Shown: positions 13,201 through 24,700 of the stretch, in pieces
How positions within the stretch are numbered: position 1 is the first letter of the stretch
Layout of the letters: each line of letters opens with the position of its first letter
Assembly (NCBI GenBank): GCA_001724265.1
Contig: MEDY01000172.1
Span: forward strand, 1 to 56,861
Source of the DNA: Rhizaria sp. SCN 62-66
Lineage: Eukaryota
Length of the DNA: 56,861 bases
Reading direction: 5' to 3'
Notes under the pieces: model-generated
What the model saw: the letters and a program-made list of their open reading frames with translations, nothing else
Database searches by the model: none
What the model was told of the DNA's origin: nothing
Position numbers and translations under genes: made by a program

Positions 13201-14413
13201 AGAGGCTGTGCGCCTCGCTGCTGAGGAAGAGGCCGAGGCCGCTAGGATTAAGGCCGAGGAGGATGCCGAGGCTGCCCGTATCAAGGCGGAGGAAGAGGCG
13301 GAGGCCGCGCGCATCAAGGCCGAGGAGGAGGCTGAGGCTGCCCGCATCAAGGCCGAGGAGGCCGAGGAAGAGGCGGCGCGCCGGCAGGCGGAGCGTGAGG
13401 AGGCCGAGGCGAAGCGCAAGGCCGAGCGCGAGGCCGAGGCGGCCCGCAAGAAGGCTGAGAAGGAGGAGGCCGAGGCGAAGCGCAAGGCTGAGCGCGAGGC
13501 CGCCGAGGCCGCACGGCTCGCCGAGAAGGAGGCCGAAGCGGCGCGCAAGAAGGCTGAGCGCGACGAGGCCGAGGCCCGCAAGAAGGCCGAGAGGGACGCG
13601 GAAGCCGCGCGCAAACAAGCGGAGCGCGACGAGACCGAGGCCCGCCGCAAGGCCGAGAAGGAAGAGGCTGAGGCGAAGCGCAAAGCCGAGCGCGAGGCTG
13701 CCGAGGCCGCGCGGCTGGCGGAGAAGGAGGCCGCGGCGGCGCGGCGGCAGGCCGAGAAGGACGCCGCCGAGGCGCTGCGCCGCGCGCAACGCGAGGCCGA
13801 GGAGGCTGCGCGGCTGCGCGCGAAGCAGGAGGCCGCCGAGGCCGCGGCGCGTGCGCGGGCCGAGGAGAACGCGCGCCGCGCGGAGCAGGGCCTGCCGCCG
13901 ATCGTCGACATGACTGAAGAGGAGCTTGCGGCCGCTGAGGCCGAGGCTGAGGCGGAGACGGTGGTTGAAAGTGCCGCTGCCCAGGCCGAGGCTGCGCCGC
14001 TCGCCGACGCAGAGCCGGTCTCCGACGCCGAGGTTGCGGCTGAGCCTGAGGCTGTGGCCGAGGCCGAGTCCAAGACCCCTGAGGACGAGCCCCAGCCCCA
14101 GCCCGAGCCCGCGGCCGACGAGGAAGAGCCCCTGCTGCTGCTGCCGCTGGATGACGAGACGGGCGGCATGTCCGACGACGACATCGTCATCGTCGACACC
14201 AAGGATCTGGAGCGTGAGGCCGCCCTCGCCGACGCGTGTCCGCCGACCGAGGACGACGACGTCAACGCGGCCAAGAACGCCGTTTCGTTCGCGCAGAGCC
14301 CCGACTCGCCGGCCAGCGAGCGCGCTGAGGCTGGGGAGGACCCCGCGGACGAGGAGAAGAAGGATGCCGAGAATGTCGGGAGCTGCCGCGGGTGCGAATG
14401 CACGATTATGTGA
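10274..14413 (+). CDS. Sel1-like repeat protein with a long E/A/K/R-rich helical repeat region and C-terminal CaaX (CTIM)
   Basis: Exons 10274-10429, 10594-11274 and 11510-14413; both introns are phase 0 and GTACG...CAG. Multiple Sel1 repeats (e.g. AQYNLGALH, LGCMYKDGLGVEQDYHAAAEWL), AEEEAEAARIK-type repeats, terminus GSCRGCECTIM-TGA. Confidence 0.85.
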
Positions 14414-15554
14414 TTTCACGCTCGTATGACGTTGTTCTCGCTTGCTAATATCTTATAATACGTGTGTTCACGTCCTCGTGATCTTTCCCTTTTTGCCTAA
14501 GCACTCTCTAAACCTATGTTTGCCTTTCTAGTAGTAGTTGTCTTTGTCAGCCTTTATTACTCCCTCTATAGCCTTGTTTCCCCTCAATATTCTTGTTCTG
14601 CTATCTGTCTGTCATATTTAGCTTTTATTCGTTTCGTTTTCTCTCCCATCCCTTCCAGCCACGTGTCATGTCACGTCTTCATTACAACAGTCTTTTGCTC
14701 TCCACTCCAGTTTCGTCTTCGTCACAATTACACAAACATATTGCGATCGCTCTCGATCTTTTCACACGATCTCCCTCGTCTTTTTTCCTCGCGTTTCACG
14801 TTTATTGTTATCTTAAACGCATACGCTACACCAAAGACTAACACCGACATCAATGACTAATCAAACTTCGTCGCGCACGTCCTCAATGCATCTCGATGTC
14901 TCCTTTACTTCTACCATTGCTTGATGCGACTATCTCGAACGGACAGTCAAGACGATGGTGTCCGCTGTGTGACTCCCAGTGTAGCTCGCTTGTTTGGCCC
15001 CGCTCTTACACTCCGCTATAAGGAGTGTTAATGGGTAACATATAATGACGTCTTCGCTAAATAAGCACTTTTCACAGCACAACCTTAGTGGCAATAATAA
15101 TCATGTCATTTATATGATTGTTTGTTGCTTCGTTGTTGATTTGTAGCTATTTCCTCTAGCGTGCTTTGATATAACTCATATTTAGTTTCGTCCTCTTTGT
15201 TTTATTTTATCTGACTTGTTTAGTTTTGTGTTAATGCCTTTGTTCTGTGTATCTTTCTTTTTTTGTTTCTCAACCCTTTGACTCCTAATTATTCGACTGT
15301 TCACTGAAGGTGCTTCTTTGCATCATCGGAGCTTTGTTAGCTTAGACGTAGCGCTATCTGCAGATATCAGCGTACACGTCTTAGTATGTTTCACCTCTCT
15401 ACAATAACTACAGAACTAATGCTTACTGCGTACTACGTAATTTGTTTGTAGTCGTTTGCGACTGTTGTAGTTGTCTATGATTGTTTACTTTGTGTCGCTT
15501 TCAAAGCTCAGGTTGTTTTTCACTGTCACAGATGATACTTGAAACGACGTATGC

Positions 15555-15586
15555 ACGTACGTACGTACGTACGTACGTACGTACGT
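15555..15586. repeat. (ACGT)8 palindromic tetranucleotide microsatellite
   Basis: Directly visible acgtacgt... run in the spacer between the convergent Sel1 and RCC1 genes. Confidence 0.9.
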
Positions 15587-16056
15587 GTCAACGCCGACGA
15601 TGTTACATGAGTGCGACAGAGTCGTTGAAAGTGCCAAGATGTCAAGACACGCTTTTTGTTTTTAATGAATATTCGTTCTATATTAGCCAATCCAAGTCAC
15701 TCATACACATAACATTATCACATAACACTATCGTCGTACAAATGTACATGTACATACGAAATGTAAAAGTGATTGTATGTATTATTACAGGTAATACAAG
15801 ATGTGATTAATGTTCGATAATAAGTAATAATAGGTTGAATATTGTTTACACAAACCAATGACAAAACGTTTGATGTTGAACAGCACAGTCGTGAAGCTGA
15901 AGCGACTCGAGCCAAACAGATGCGTCCAATTGCACTGTTCCTGCCCACAGTCAAATCACTCACCATCAACAACAAACAGCAAGCGTTCAACCGTCAACTG
16001 ACTGAGAACAAGTTCGAACGACAAGCTACATGGTGTAAGCTGGCATGTCTTCGAGC

Positions 16057-18279
16057 TTACTCGAAGTCCTTAGCCAGGATGAGCGAGTGCTGCGCGCCAG
16101 CCGCGACGCCGACGACGCGGCGGGGCACGGTGGTGAGCTGCATCGAGCGGATCCAGTAGGGCTCAGCGCACACGGTCTCTGTAGCGGTAATAAGCAAAAT
16201 GAAGTCAACAAGAAGACGAAAAACAATTAGCCCAATGAGACATGAACATGGAAGAACACAACGTGATATACGATAACAACATGATGTGTACGTGAAATGA
16301 TATGAGAAACGTACCCTCACCATAGCCGAGCTGGCCGAGGTCGCCGGAGCCCCAGCCGAAGGCGCGGCCGGCGCTGGTGTAGGCGAGCGCGTGCGCCTCG
16401 GCGACGGCGATGGCGACAACGCGGTCCGCCGTCTTGGTGGTGACCTTGGGGTTCATCTCCGTGGTGACGTGCGGCGCGGGCTGGCTCCATGACGCGTCCG
16501 AAGACAGGTACACGGGGTTGAGCCCCGAGACCTCCTTGGGCGTGGTGATCTCGAACGCCTTGGCACCGTAGTCGAAGTCACCGTGGCCCAGGCGGCCGTC
16601 GGCGGTGCGGCCGAAGGTGAAGACGCGCGAGTCCTCGGTGAGGATAACGGAGAACTGCGCGGCCGAGGCGGCAGCCTTGACGCGGATCTTGTTCTCAGCG
16701 AAGAACGGGATGATGGTGGGGACGACGATGGACATGCCATGCTCGTCCTCGGAAGGACGCTGGATGCCGCACTGCGAGTAGTTGTTAGGGCCCCAGACCC
16801 AGACCTGTACAGCACACACACAAGAAAATCAAGAACAAACATGATGAAGTTAGCAAATATGCACTTTCAAGGGTTATGCTCTGCTCACATCCAAGAAAAT
16901 ATGCTTGTTGATTCAAAACGTACGTTGCCGGAGGCAGCGATGGCAAAGCTGGAGTAGCCGCCGGCGCAGACGGACTTGATGTCCCAGTCCTCCATGTTGG
17001 CCTCGCGCGCAGCCTTGCTGCCCTTGCGCGGCTTGGGCGGGAAGTTGACCAGACGCGGCGACAGGCGAGCGCGCTTGTGACGGTCGTTCTGGCGGCGGCC
17101 GATGAAGACGTCGCCCCAGTACCACACGCGGCCCTCCGTGTCGAGCGCGAGCGAGTGCGACTCGCCCGCCACGACCTGCGCGATCACCACGGCGCGGCCC
17201 GACACGTGCGGGAACTCGATCGCGGCGGCGGCGTTCTGGCGCATCGAGTCGGTGTTGTAGCCGACGAGGCCCGACGCGTCACGGTACGCGCCCCACGAGT
17301 AGACCGTGCCCTTGTCGTCGAGCGCGAGCGAGTGGGACGCGCCGCAAGAGATCTGGGTCACGGTGACGCCCGCGAGCCCGTCGACAAGCGCGGGGGCCAT
17401 CTCGCCGACGTCCGTCGCCGTCTCGCGGCCGATCGCGCCGTCGTCGTTGCAGCCCCAGGAGTAGACCTTGCCGGTCTTGGTCAGCACCAGGTTGTGCAGC
17501 GCGCCCGCAGCCACGGCCACAACGTCCTCTTCCTCGAGCGTCTTAATCAGTGCCGGGAACTTGCGCTCGCGCGTCTGGCGGCCCAGTCCGAGCTGCGACA
17601 TGTCGCCGGCGCCGAAGGAAAACACCAGCCCCTTCTTCTTTGCGATCGCCGCGTTGGGCTTGACCGCGGCCGCGTTGGCGGCCACGCAGGCCTTGGCGGC
17701 GGCGCCGTTGTCGTTGACCGCGGTCACGGGGGCAGCGGCGGCGCGCTTGGCGGCAGGAGCGGCGACAGCAGAGGCAGCAACAGGGGCGGCAGTCTTGCCG
17801 CGGGAAGCGCCAGTCGCAGGCGCAGCAGCGTGAGCAGGAGCAGCGGCGGCAGCAGCAGCGGCGGCAGGGGCGGCAGAAGGAGCAGCCGCAGGAGCAGCAG
17901 CAGCGGCAGCGGGGGCAGCGGTGGGGGTGAACTTAAATCCGCCGATGACGGGGGCAGCAGCGGGAGAAGCAGCGCCGTCAGCGGCGGGGGCGGCGGGCTT
18001 CGCGCCAAAGGCAAAGCCAGTGCCAGCTGCACCAGTGGTGGCGCCGCCAAAGGCAAAGCCGGTCGAGGACATGGTGAAGCCAGAGGGCTTGGCGGTGGCA
18101 GCGGCGGCGGCGGCCTCAGCCTTGCGCTTGGCCTCGGCGGCGGCCTTGGACTGCGCGATCTGCTCGGGGGTAGCCGTGGGGCTAACGGCCTCGCAAGAGC
18201 GGCAAGCAAAGGCAGTGTTAGGGTTCTTCACGCGACAAGTAGTGCAGCGCCAGGAGTTTTCGTCGAGCGCGAACTGCAT
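16057..18279 (-). CDS. RCC1: RCC1 (Ran GEF)-like beta-propeller with N-terminal RanBP2-type zinc finger and FxFG-like motifs
   Basis: Exons 18279-16924, 16804-16315 and 16178-16057; introns GTACGT...CAG, phases 0 and 1. WRCTTCRVKN...CRSC zinc finger; GFAFG twice; GDMSQLGLG...ERKFPAL...GKVYSWGCNDDGAIGR resembles the first RCC1 blades. Ends TAA. Confidence 0.85.
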
Positions 18280-18788
18280 GTGAACTAAGGAGTTGGGGAG
18301 CGCGGGGGAGAGACGTTGGAGGCGGTGAGGCTTGGCTGATAAACGTCAGAGAATTGACCGGGTTATCTTGTGTGTTATAAAGTGCAATTTAGGGAGAATA
18401 CTGCTCGACAATGTCTCAATTGGCACAAACGCATAGATGCGTATAGAATTGTAGGTGTGCGGAGAACTACTCAATCTACGCAACGCAACTTGCGTGTCCG
18501 TTGGATCTTCCCGATCGAGCCGGTCCGAGTCGCCCACTGTCACTTGGTCCCCCCCCCCCCAGTCGTCAACAATATAGTATCAACAGTGACATCAGGTTTC
18601 CGTTGCTCGCAGTGTTGAAGCACCTCGCAATAATACTTTGCATTATTTCATTAATCCTGTAATAAAATCTCACATAGTCACATTCTTGTCTCCCGATAGA
18701 GGGTCTTTCGGTGGAACCGTTTCCACTTCTCCCCTCTTCCTTCACCGCCGCCCGAGCCCTGAACCCGCGGCGGTCCCTCTTCTCCCTC

Positions 18789-21700
18789 ATGTCGACGTCG
18801 ACTTCCCTTTTGACTGACGCATCATTTGACTCCCTGCCTGGTGCCTTAGCTACTCGGGTTCGTTTCGCCTCCCCATCGCCCCCAGCAGTCTCGATCTCAG
18901 CCTCACCCGACCCAAATGCCCTCGCCGCCGGCACTGGCTCTGGCTCTGGTGCAGGCGACGACAGCGACGGCGACGAGTCTGACACGTATAGTGGTTATGT
19001 AGTTCCCGCTACTGGCTTTGCGCATGCTCCCAATCATCACAATGGCCGCGCTCTAACACCAAGTGCTTCTGGTGTCAACTCGTCGACTATCTCAGGTTCT
19101 AACACGCACAGGAGTGCCGCTGCATTGTCTAACGCACCGGGCGCGGTTGCTCTAAGCGCCGCGTCCGAGTCCCTACTTATGCGCGCCGCAGAAAAGCTTG
19201 TCACGCATCAAAACGCCGCGAAAACTGCATCCGCGCTCGCAGCCGCCGCTGCTGCTGCCGCAGCCGCCACCGCCGCGGCCGCCGCAGCCGACGCTGCCCA
19301 CGCCGCAGCGGCCTCCGACGCCGACGCGGCCACTACTGCCGCGAATGGCCCCGCTGCGGCAGCCTCGTTGCTCTCCGCGCGCGCGCCCGCGCCCCGCAGC
19401 GGGCCCGGGAGCCTGGCCGAGTGGCAGCTGCAGTGGGCGCAGAAGCGCGACGCGGCCGCTGCGGCGGCGACGACGGCCGCGGCGCAGGCCCAGGCCCAGG
19501 TCGAGGCGGAGCGCGCTGCGGAGGCCGAGGCCGATGCCACCAGCGCGAGCACGAGCGCGATGACGCAAAGCAAGCGCCTCGGCGATACGAACGGTGTGAA
19601 TAATGCAGTTGGAAACGGTAACAACAGCGAGTCTCGCTCCTCATGGAAGGGCCGCACGCACCCTGCGTTGCTGCTCGGCAGCAGTAACAGCGCGGCTATT
19701 GTCACAAACAACTCAAACGCAAACGCAAGCGCGCGAAACGACAACAACAGCAGCCGCAGCACTAGCTTAAGCGACGCGCCTGCCGCTGGCGGCCAAACCT
19801 CCAGCACGAGCCTGCTCTCCGTCAGCAAGGTCGGAGTGCCGCTCGCGCTCGGCCTGCTGGGCCCCTCTTTGCCGCCGCACTTGGCCGAGGGGGCGCGGTT
19901 TGTTGCCCCCTCGTCGTCCTCCCTCCTGAGCGCGAGTGCAAACGCTGGCGACGCTGGCTGCAACGGCAACGGCAGTCTCGGCGTGACTGTCAACGACGGC
20001 GCGGCGGCGGCGGACGCGGCGGCGGTGGCGGCCAACACCAGCGCGGCGGCAGCGGCCGCGCGAGGCGGGCAGTCGCCTGGTCAGAAACAGAGGAGTTTGC
20101 GGAGCACGCAGAAGCGCCAAACGCACACTCCTGGCACTATCCCTGAGATTGAGACTGGAGTTGTAGCTAACAACGCAGACGCCAGTGCTAGAGCTGCCCC
20201 AAGCTCTCCTAATCTAAGTGTCTCGAATGTAAGGGTCTTGTACCCGCAGTTGCGCGTGATCGTGCAAAACCAGCAGTTCCACCTCCACCTGCCTGAGGAA
20301 GATAACGGGTCTCCTTTTTTCACGCACACAGACGCGGAAAACGGCGACGCAAGTAGCAACGCGGGTAGCTCTAGCGCGCGGCAGCTGCAGACTGTGCGCT
20401 CATCAGGGCTGCTGTATCCATCTGCGCGCGCACCATCACAATCGCACTCGCGTACACATAACCTCAGCCACAGCCAGAGGCAGAGTCGTCATCACAGTGA
20501 CTCTGCGGTTGATGCCTCGGCGGGCACCGCGACGCAGGCGCTCACGTGGCTGCAGCGCCAGGCCAACCGGCCCCCGCCCGGCTACGCCCACGGCCACTCC
20601 GCCGCTGCTGTTCACGGTCACGTTGAGTTCTTGGAGCCGTCGTGTCACGACGCGTTTAGCAACACCATCAATGACAGCAACAGCAACAACAACAGCAACA
20701 ACAACAACATTATTAGCGCCGTCCCGCGCACCGCGCCCGCTGCGCCGACAGCGGTCGCCGGCGCCGTCCCTGTCCCTGCTTCTAGCGCTGTGTCCGTGCA
20801 AGTGCAGACTGTCCCCGGCCTCGCCAACGGCTCCATCGCGGCGACGCTGCTGTCTGTCGACCCGCGCGCGCTTGTGTCCGCAGTCACGGTGGTTGCGGCG
20901 CCGCCCGCCGCACAGCCCTACGTGCTGCAGCCCTCCGCTCATGGCAGCAATCGCGGCGACAACGCGAAAACTGAGGCTGACACCGCGGCGGTGGACGCTG
21001 AGGCTGGGACCGAGGCGGAGTCTGCAGCAGTGTTGACGTCGCGGCTACCGCAGCCCCCCGCGGCGGGCGCAATCGGGTCGGGACTGGGCCTAACTGTCAA
21101 AGTGGCCACGGTGACGAACCCGCACTACGTGCTGCGAGGCGTGCCTACCACCACCGCGAACAACAACAACAACAACAACACCACTAACAACAATAACAGC
21201 ATTAACAGCTTCAACACTCGCGTAGGAAGCAATGTCAGCTCGCATGTGAGCGCAAGTAGCGGTGTGCTGGGGCTCACTGACGCGCCGCCTGACGTCATCC
21301 TGATGTCATCTGCGCCGCTGCCGATGACGACGTCCGTCTCGGTCGGTCTATCTGCGCCGACACCCGTGTGCGCCACTGTGGCCGCTGCGAACGGCGGCTA
21401 CGGCAGCGGCAGCTCCAGCTCCCGCGGCTCCACCCGCCACACGCACGGCGGCGACTGCGCTGCGAGCGGCGACCGCGCTGCGAGCGGCGACATTGCGCCT
21501 ACAGTCGCTGCGCTGTCCGCCCGGCCCCGCTGCGACGCGGCGGCCGGTGGCAGCGGCGGCGCGAGCCGCGGCGCGAGCGGCTCCCCGGCCCCGTCGCTGT
21601 CGCCGTCGCGGCACGCGCTGCTGCGCACCCTGCGCCCGCCGCCCCCCGCCTCTGCCACCTCGGCCGTGGCCGTGCCAGTTGGCAGCAACAGCCCTGCGGC

Positions 21701-24700
21701 CGCGGTGACCGCACAGAGCGGCAGTCCAAGCGCAAGTGCCGGGCTGACCGTGGGCCCGGCGGCGCTTGCGGTGACGGTGGGACCCGGCCGCGGGCTGCGC
21801 GTCATCGACTACTCGAACGTCGAGAGCCGGGTTGGCGCGCTGGTGCTGGAGCCCGCGCGCCGTCGCAACGCCGAGCTGGACGCTGCGATGCAGAATGGAA
21901 GCGGCGCTACCAATGCTGGTCCGGCTAACAACAATCACACTAACTCTAGCGTCAGCCGCGGCCGCACCCCTCGTGTCCAATATACACAGTCGCGCTCACA
22001 AGCGCTTTCCGTGCTGCCGTCCGCCGCCGTCGTCGAGTACGAAGACCCCATGTTCGCGCTGGTCCCACCGCCGGATCCCTCGCAGGCCCCGCGCCCGCAC
22101 TCGCCGCGCTGCGCCTCGCTCCGCAGGCCAAAGTCCCAGCCTAACCCAAAGCCCAGCAGCGCGGCTGCCAGCGATGCGTTGCTGTATCAGTGCGACTGCT
22201 CGCAGAGCAGCCCCGAGGCCGCCGCGGTCCGGCTGCGCGCCTCAGTCGCCGCCGCCCCCGCCGCCGCCGCCGCGGCCGCCGGCGCCATTGTGAGCGACGC
22301 GCGCGTGCTGGGCCCATACAGCGCGACGGAGGCCGCGCGCGCGCTTGGCGTGGCCACGGTGGCCGTCGCGCTGTCACCGGGCCGCAGTGCGCCCGTGCGG
22401 TGGCCGCTGCAACCGGTGGCAGAGCTGCGCCAAGAGCGAGACGACATCGCCAGCGCGAGCGTCGCCTTGAAGACGGACGCCGCGAATGCAACGCCCGCTG
22501 ACGCTGCGAGTGCTGCTGCAACGGACGATGAGTCTGCGGCAGCAAACGGCGCCGCCGTCAGCTCTGTCAAGTGGACCGACCTGTTCGCCCACGACTGCCC
22601 ACCCCCGTCGCTCTCGTCCCTGTCTCCGCCGCTGCCCCCGGCGACTGCAGCGTCGGCGCACTTCGTGTCGCCTCTGTCGCTGCGCCCGGCGCCCGTCTCC
22701 CCGCCCGCACGCCCGCACCCCCCGGTGCCGCTGTCCGCGGCCGCCGCGCTCGCCCTGTCGCCGACGCGTCCCTCCGCCGCGCCTGTGGTCACCAACGGCG
22801 CGGGCGCTGGCTCCGTCGCGGCGGTGGCGGCGGCGGCGGGCACGGCGACGCGGGTGCGCACGCTGAGCACAGGCGTGATCGCAGCCACCGCGCCCGCCAC
22901 CGCGGTCGTCGCCGCAGCTGCGAACTCGCCCTCCCCGCACCACCACCACCGCGTCCACCCCGCTCCCGGCTACGGCGCCGTTGCCGGGGCCGATCTGTCC
23001 GCGGGGCCTGTGTTCGACGCCCGGCTGCGCAAGACCGCGCTGGGCGCGCACCGCGAGCTGGCCACCGCGGTGCCGCCCTCCGCGGCGGCCGCGGCGGCTA
23101 CTGCGGGTCTGCAGGCCGCCGCAGCAGTCTCGGCGGCGGCCACGGCGCCGCTGGTCACCCGGGCCGCGTTCGCTGTGGTCGAGGCCGAGGCCGCGCGGTC
23201 CGCCTTCGCCAGCAGCGCTGGCGCGGGCGGCGGGGAGCTGAGCGCCAGCAACAGCATGGCGGCACTGAGCGGCCTGCTCGGCAGCCTCGGCATCCGCACC
23301 GGGGCGGACGGCCGCGACGGTGAAGCGACCGCGGCCGACGCGGACACCGTTGACAATGCAATCGCGAACCTCGCAGCAACGACGGCGCCTGCGCTGGCCG
23401 GCAGTGGGTTCCACCACGGATACACTGCGGCCTTGGTACAGCAACGCGCGCGCGGCAGCAATGCGTGTCGCCAGTTCGCCCCCACGGCCGGCACGCGCCG
23501 CAACGCCACCGCCGCCGCCATGCGTGGCGTCGCGACCGCGGGACCAGGCAAGAATGCCAGCAGCATCCTCAGCGGTAATTACAACAGTGCGGGGACCTTG
23601 CGGAGGTTTAAGTACTTAGAGCAGTCAAAGCACCTGCGCTTGGCGGACTCGGAGGCGCAGCTGCTGTCTCAGTCGCATTCACACGCTCAGTCCCAGTCGC
23701 AGCAGTCTCAGCCGCAGGCGTCCCTGTTGGCCAGCATGGGTGCCAGCGCTCTCGCGAGCACGTACACCGCCACGGGCAACTCGTACACTTACAACATCGC
23801 CGGCCTGACCAAGTTCTACAACGCCTCGGCCCTGCAGAGTCAGCACGCCTCGACTGACAGCCTCACGGGCGGACTACCGGGCCTGCCCCAGTCCAGCAGC
23901 CCCGACAGCGGCAGCGGCGCGGGCAACGCCGCGGCCACCACGAGCCTCGCCTTCGCGGGCTCCACAAGCAGCGGGCGCACCCTCAGCCAAACCCACGACC
24001 CCGCCAGCCACGGCCAGGCCCACGGCCACGGCGGCGGCGGCGTGCCCCGCGTCGCCGCCGCGGCGTGTGGGCCGCTGCAGGCGTTCGCGCGTGCGCAGGC
24101 GCAGGCGCAGCTGAGTCTGGACCTGGCGGCCCGCCGCGCGCGCGAAATCAGCCGCGCCGCCGCGGCCGCGGGCGGCCACGCGCTGTCGCCTCGCGCGCAA
24201 GCCACGGCCGCCGCCGCCGCGGCTACTGCAGCGGCGTCAGCGGCGGCGGCGACGACGGACGCGATGACGCTAAAGCGCGGCGGCAAGAGCGGGCGGAACA
24301 GCGTCGTCTCTACCGGTGCTGCTGACGAGCAGTTCACTGGCAGCCCCATGGGTCCTGCTGGTACTGACGGCGCAGGCGTGAACACCCCGCCCCTCACTGC
24401 GCACGCCTGGGAGCGCCGCCGCGGCAGCACCGGCACCACAGGTCCCGCGGGTTCCACGGGTACCGACTACTACACCGACGGAGCTGTCGGCAGCGCGAGC
24501 GGCCGCGGCTCTGTCTCCGGCGCGTTCTCGCCCCAGTTCGCGGGCAGCCGCCCCGTGCCGTGGGTCGACGTCTCGTCGCCCACCGCTGCCTCGGCTCTGA
24601 CGCCTGCGCCTGCGGGGCTGAACAGCAGTGCCAGCGCCCATGGCGGCGCTACGAACGCCGCTCCAGGCAGCGGGCGCGCAAGCGTCTCCGGGGGCGTTGC

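Noticed and set aside
11489-14419. Long antisense ORFs (976 aa here; also 3613..4899, 5266..6543, 17077..18288)
   Set aside because: Shadow frames produced by high GC3 and repetitive Ala/Glu codons on the true coding strand; no domain content.
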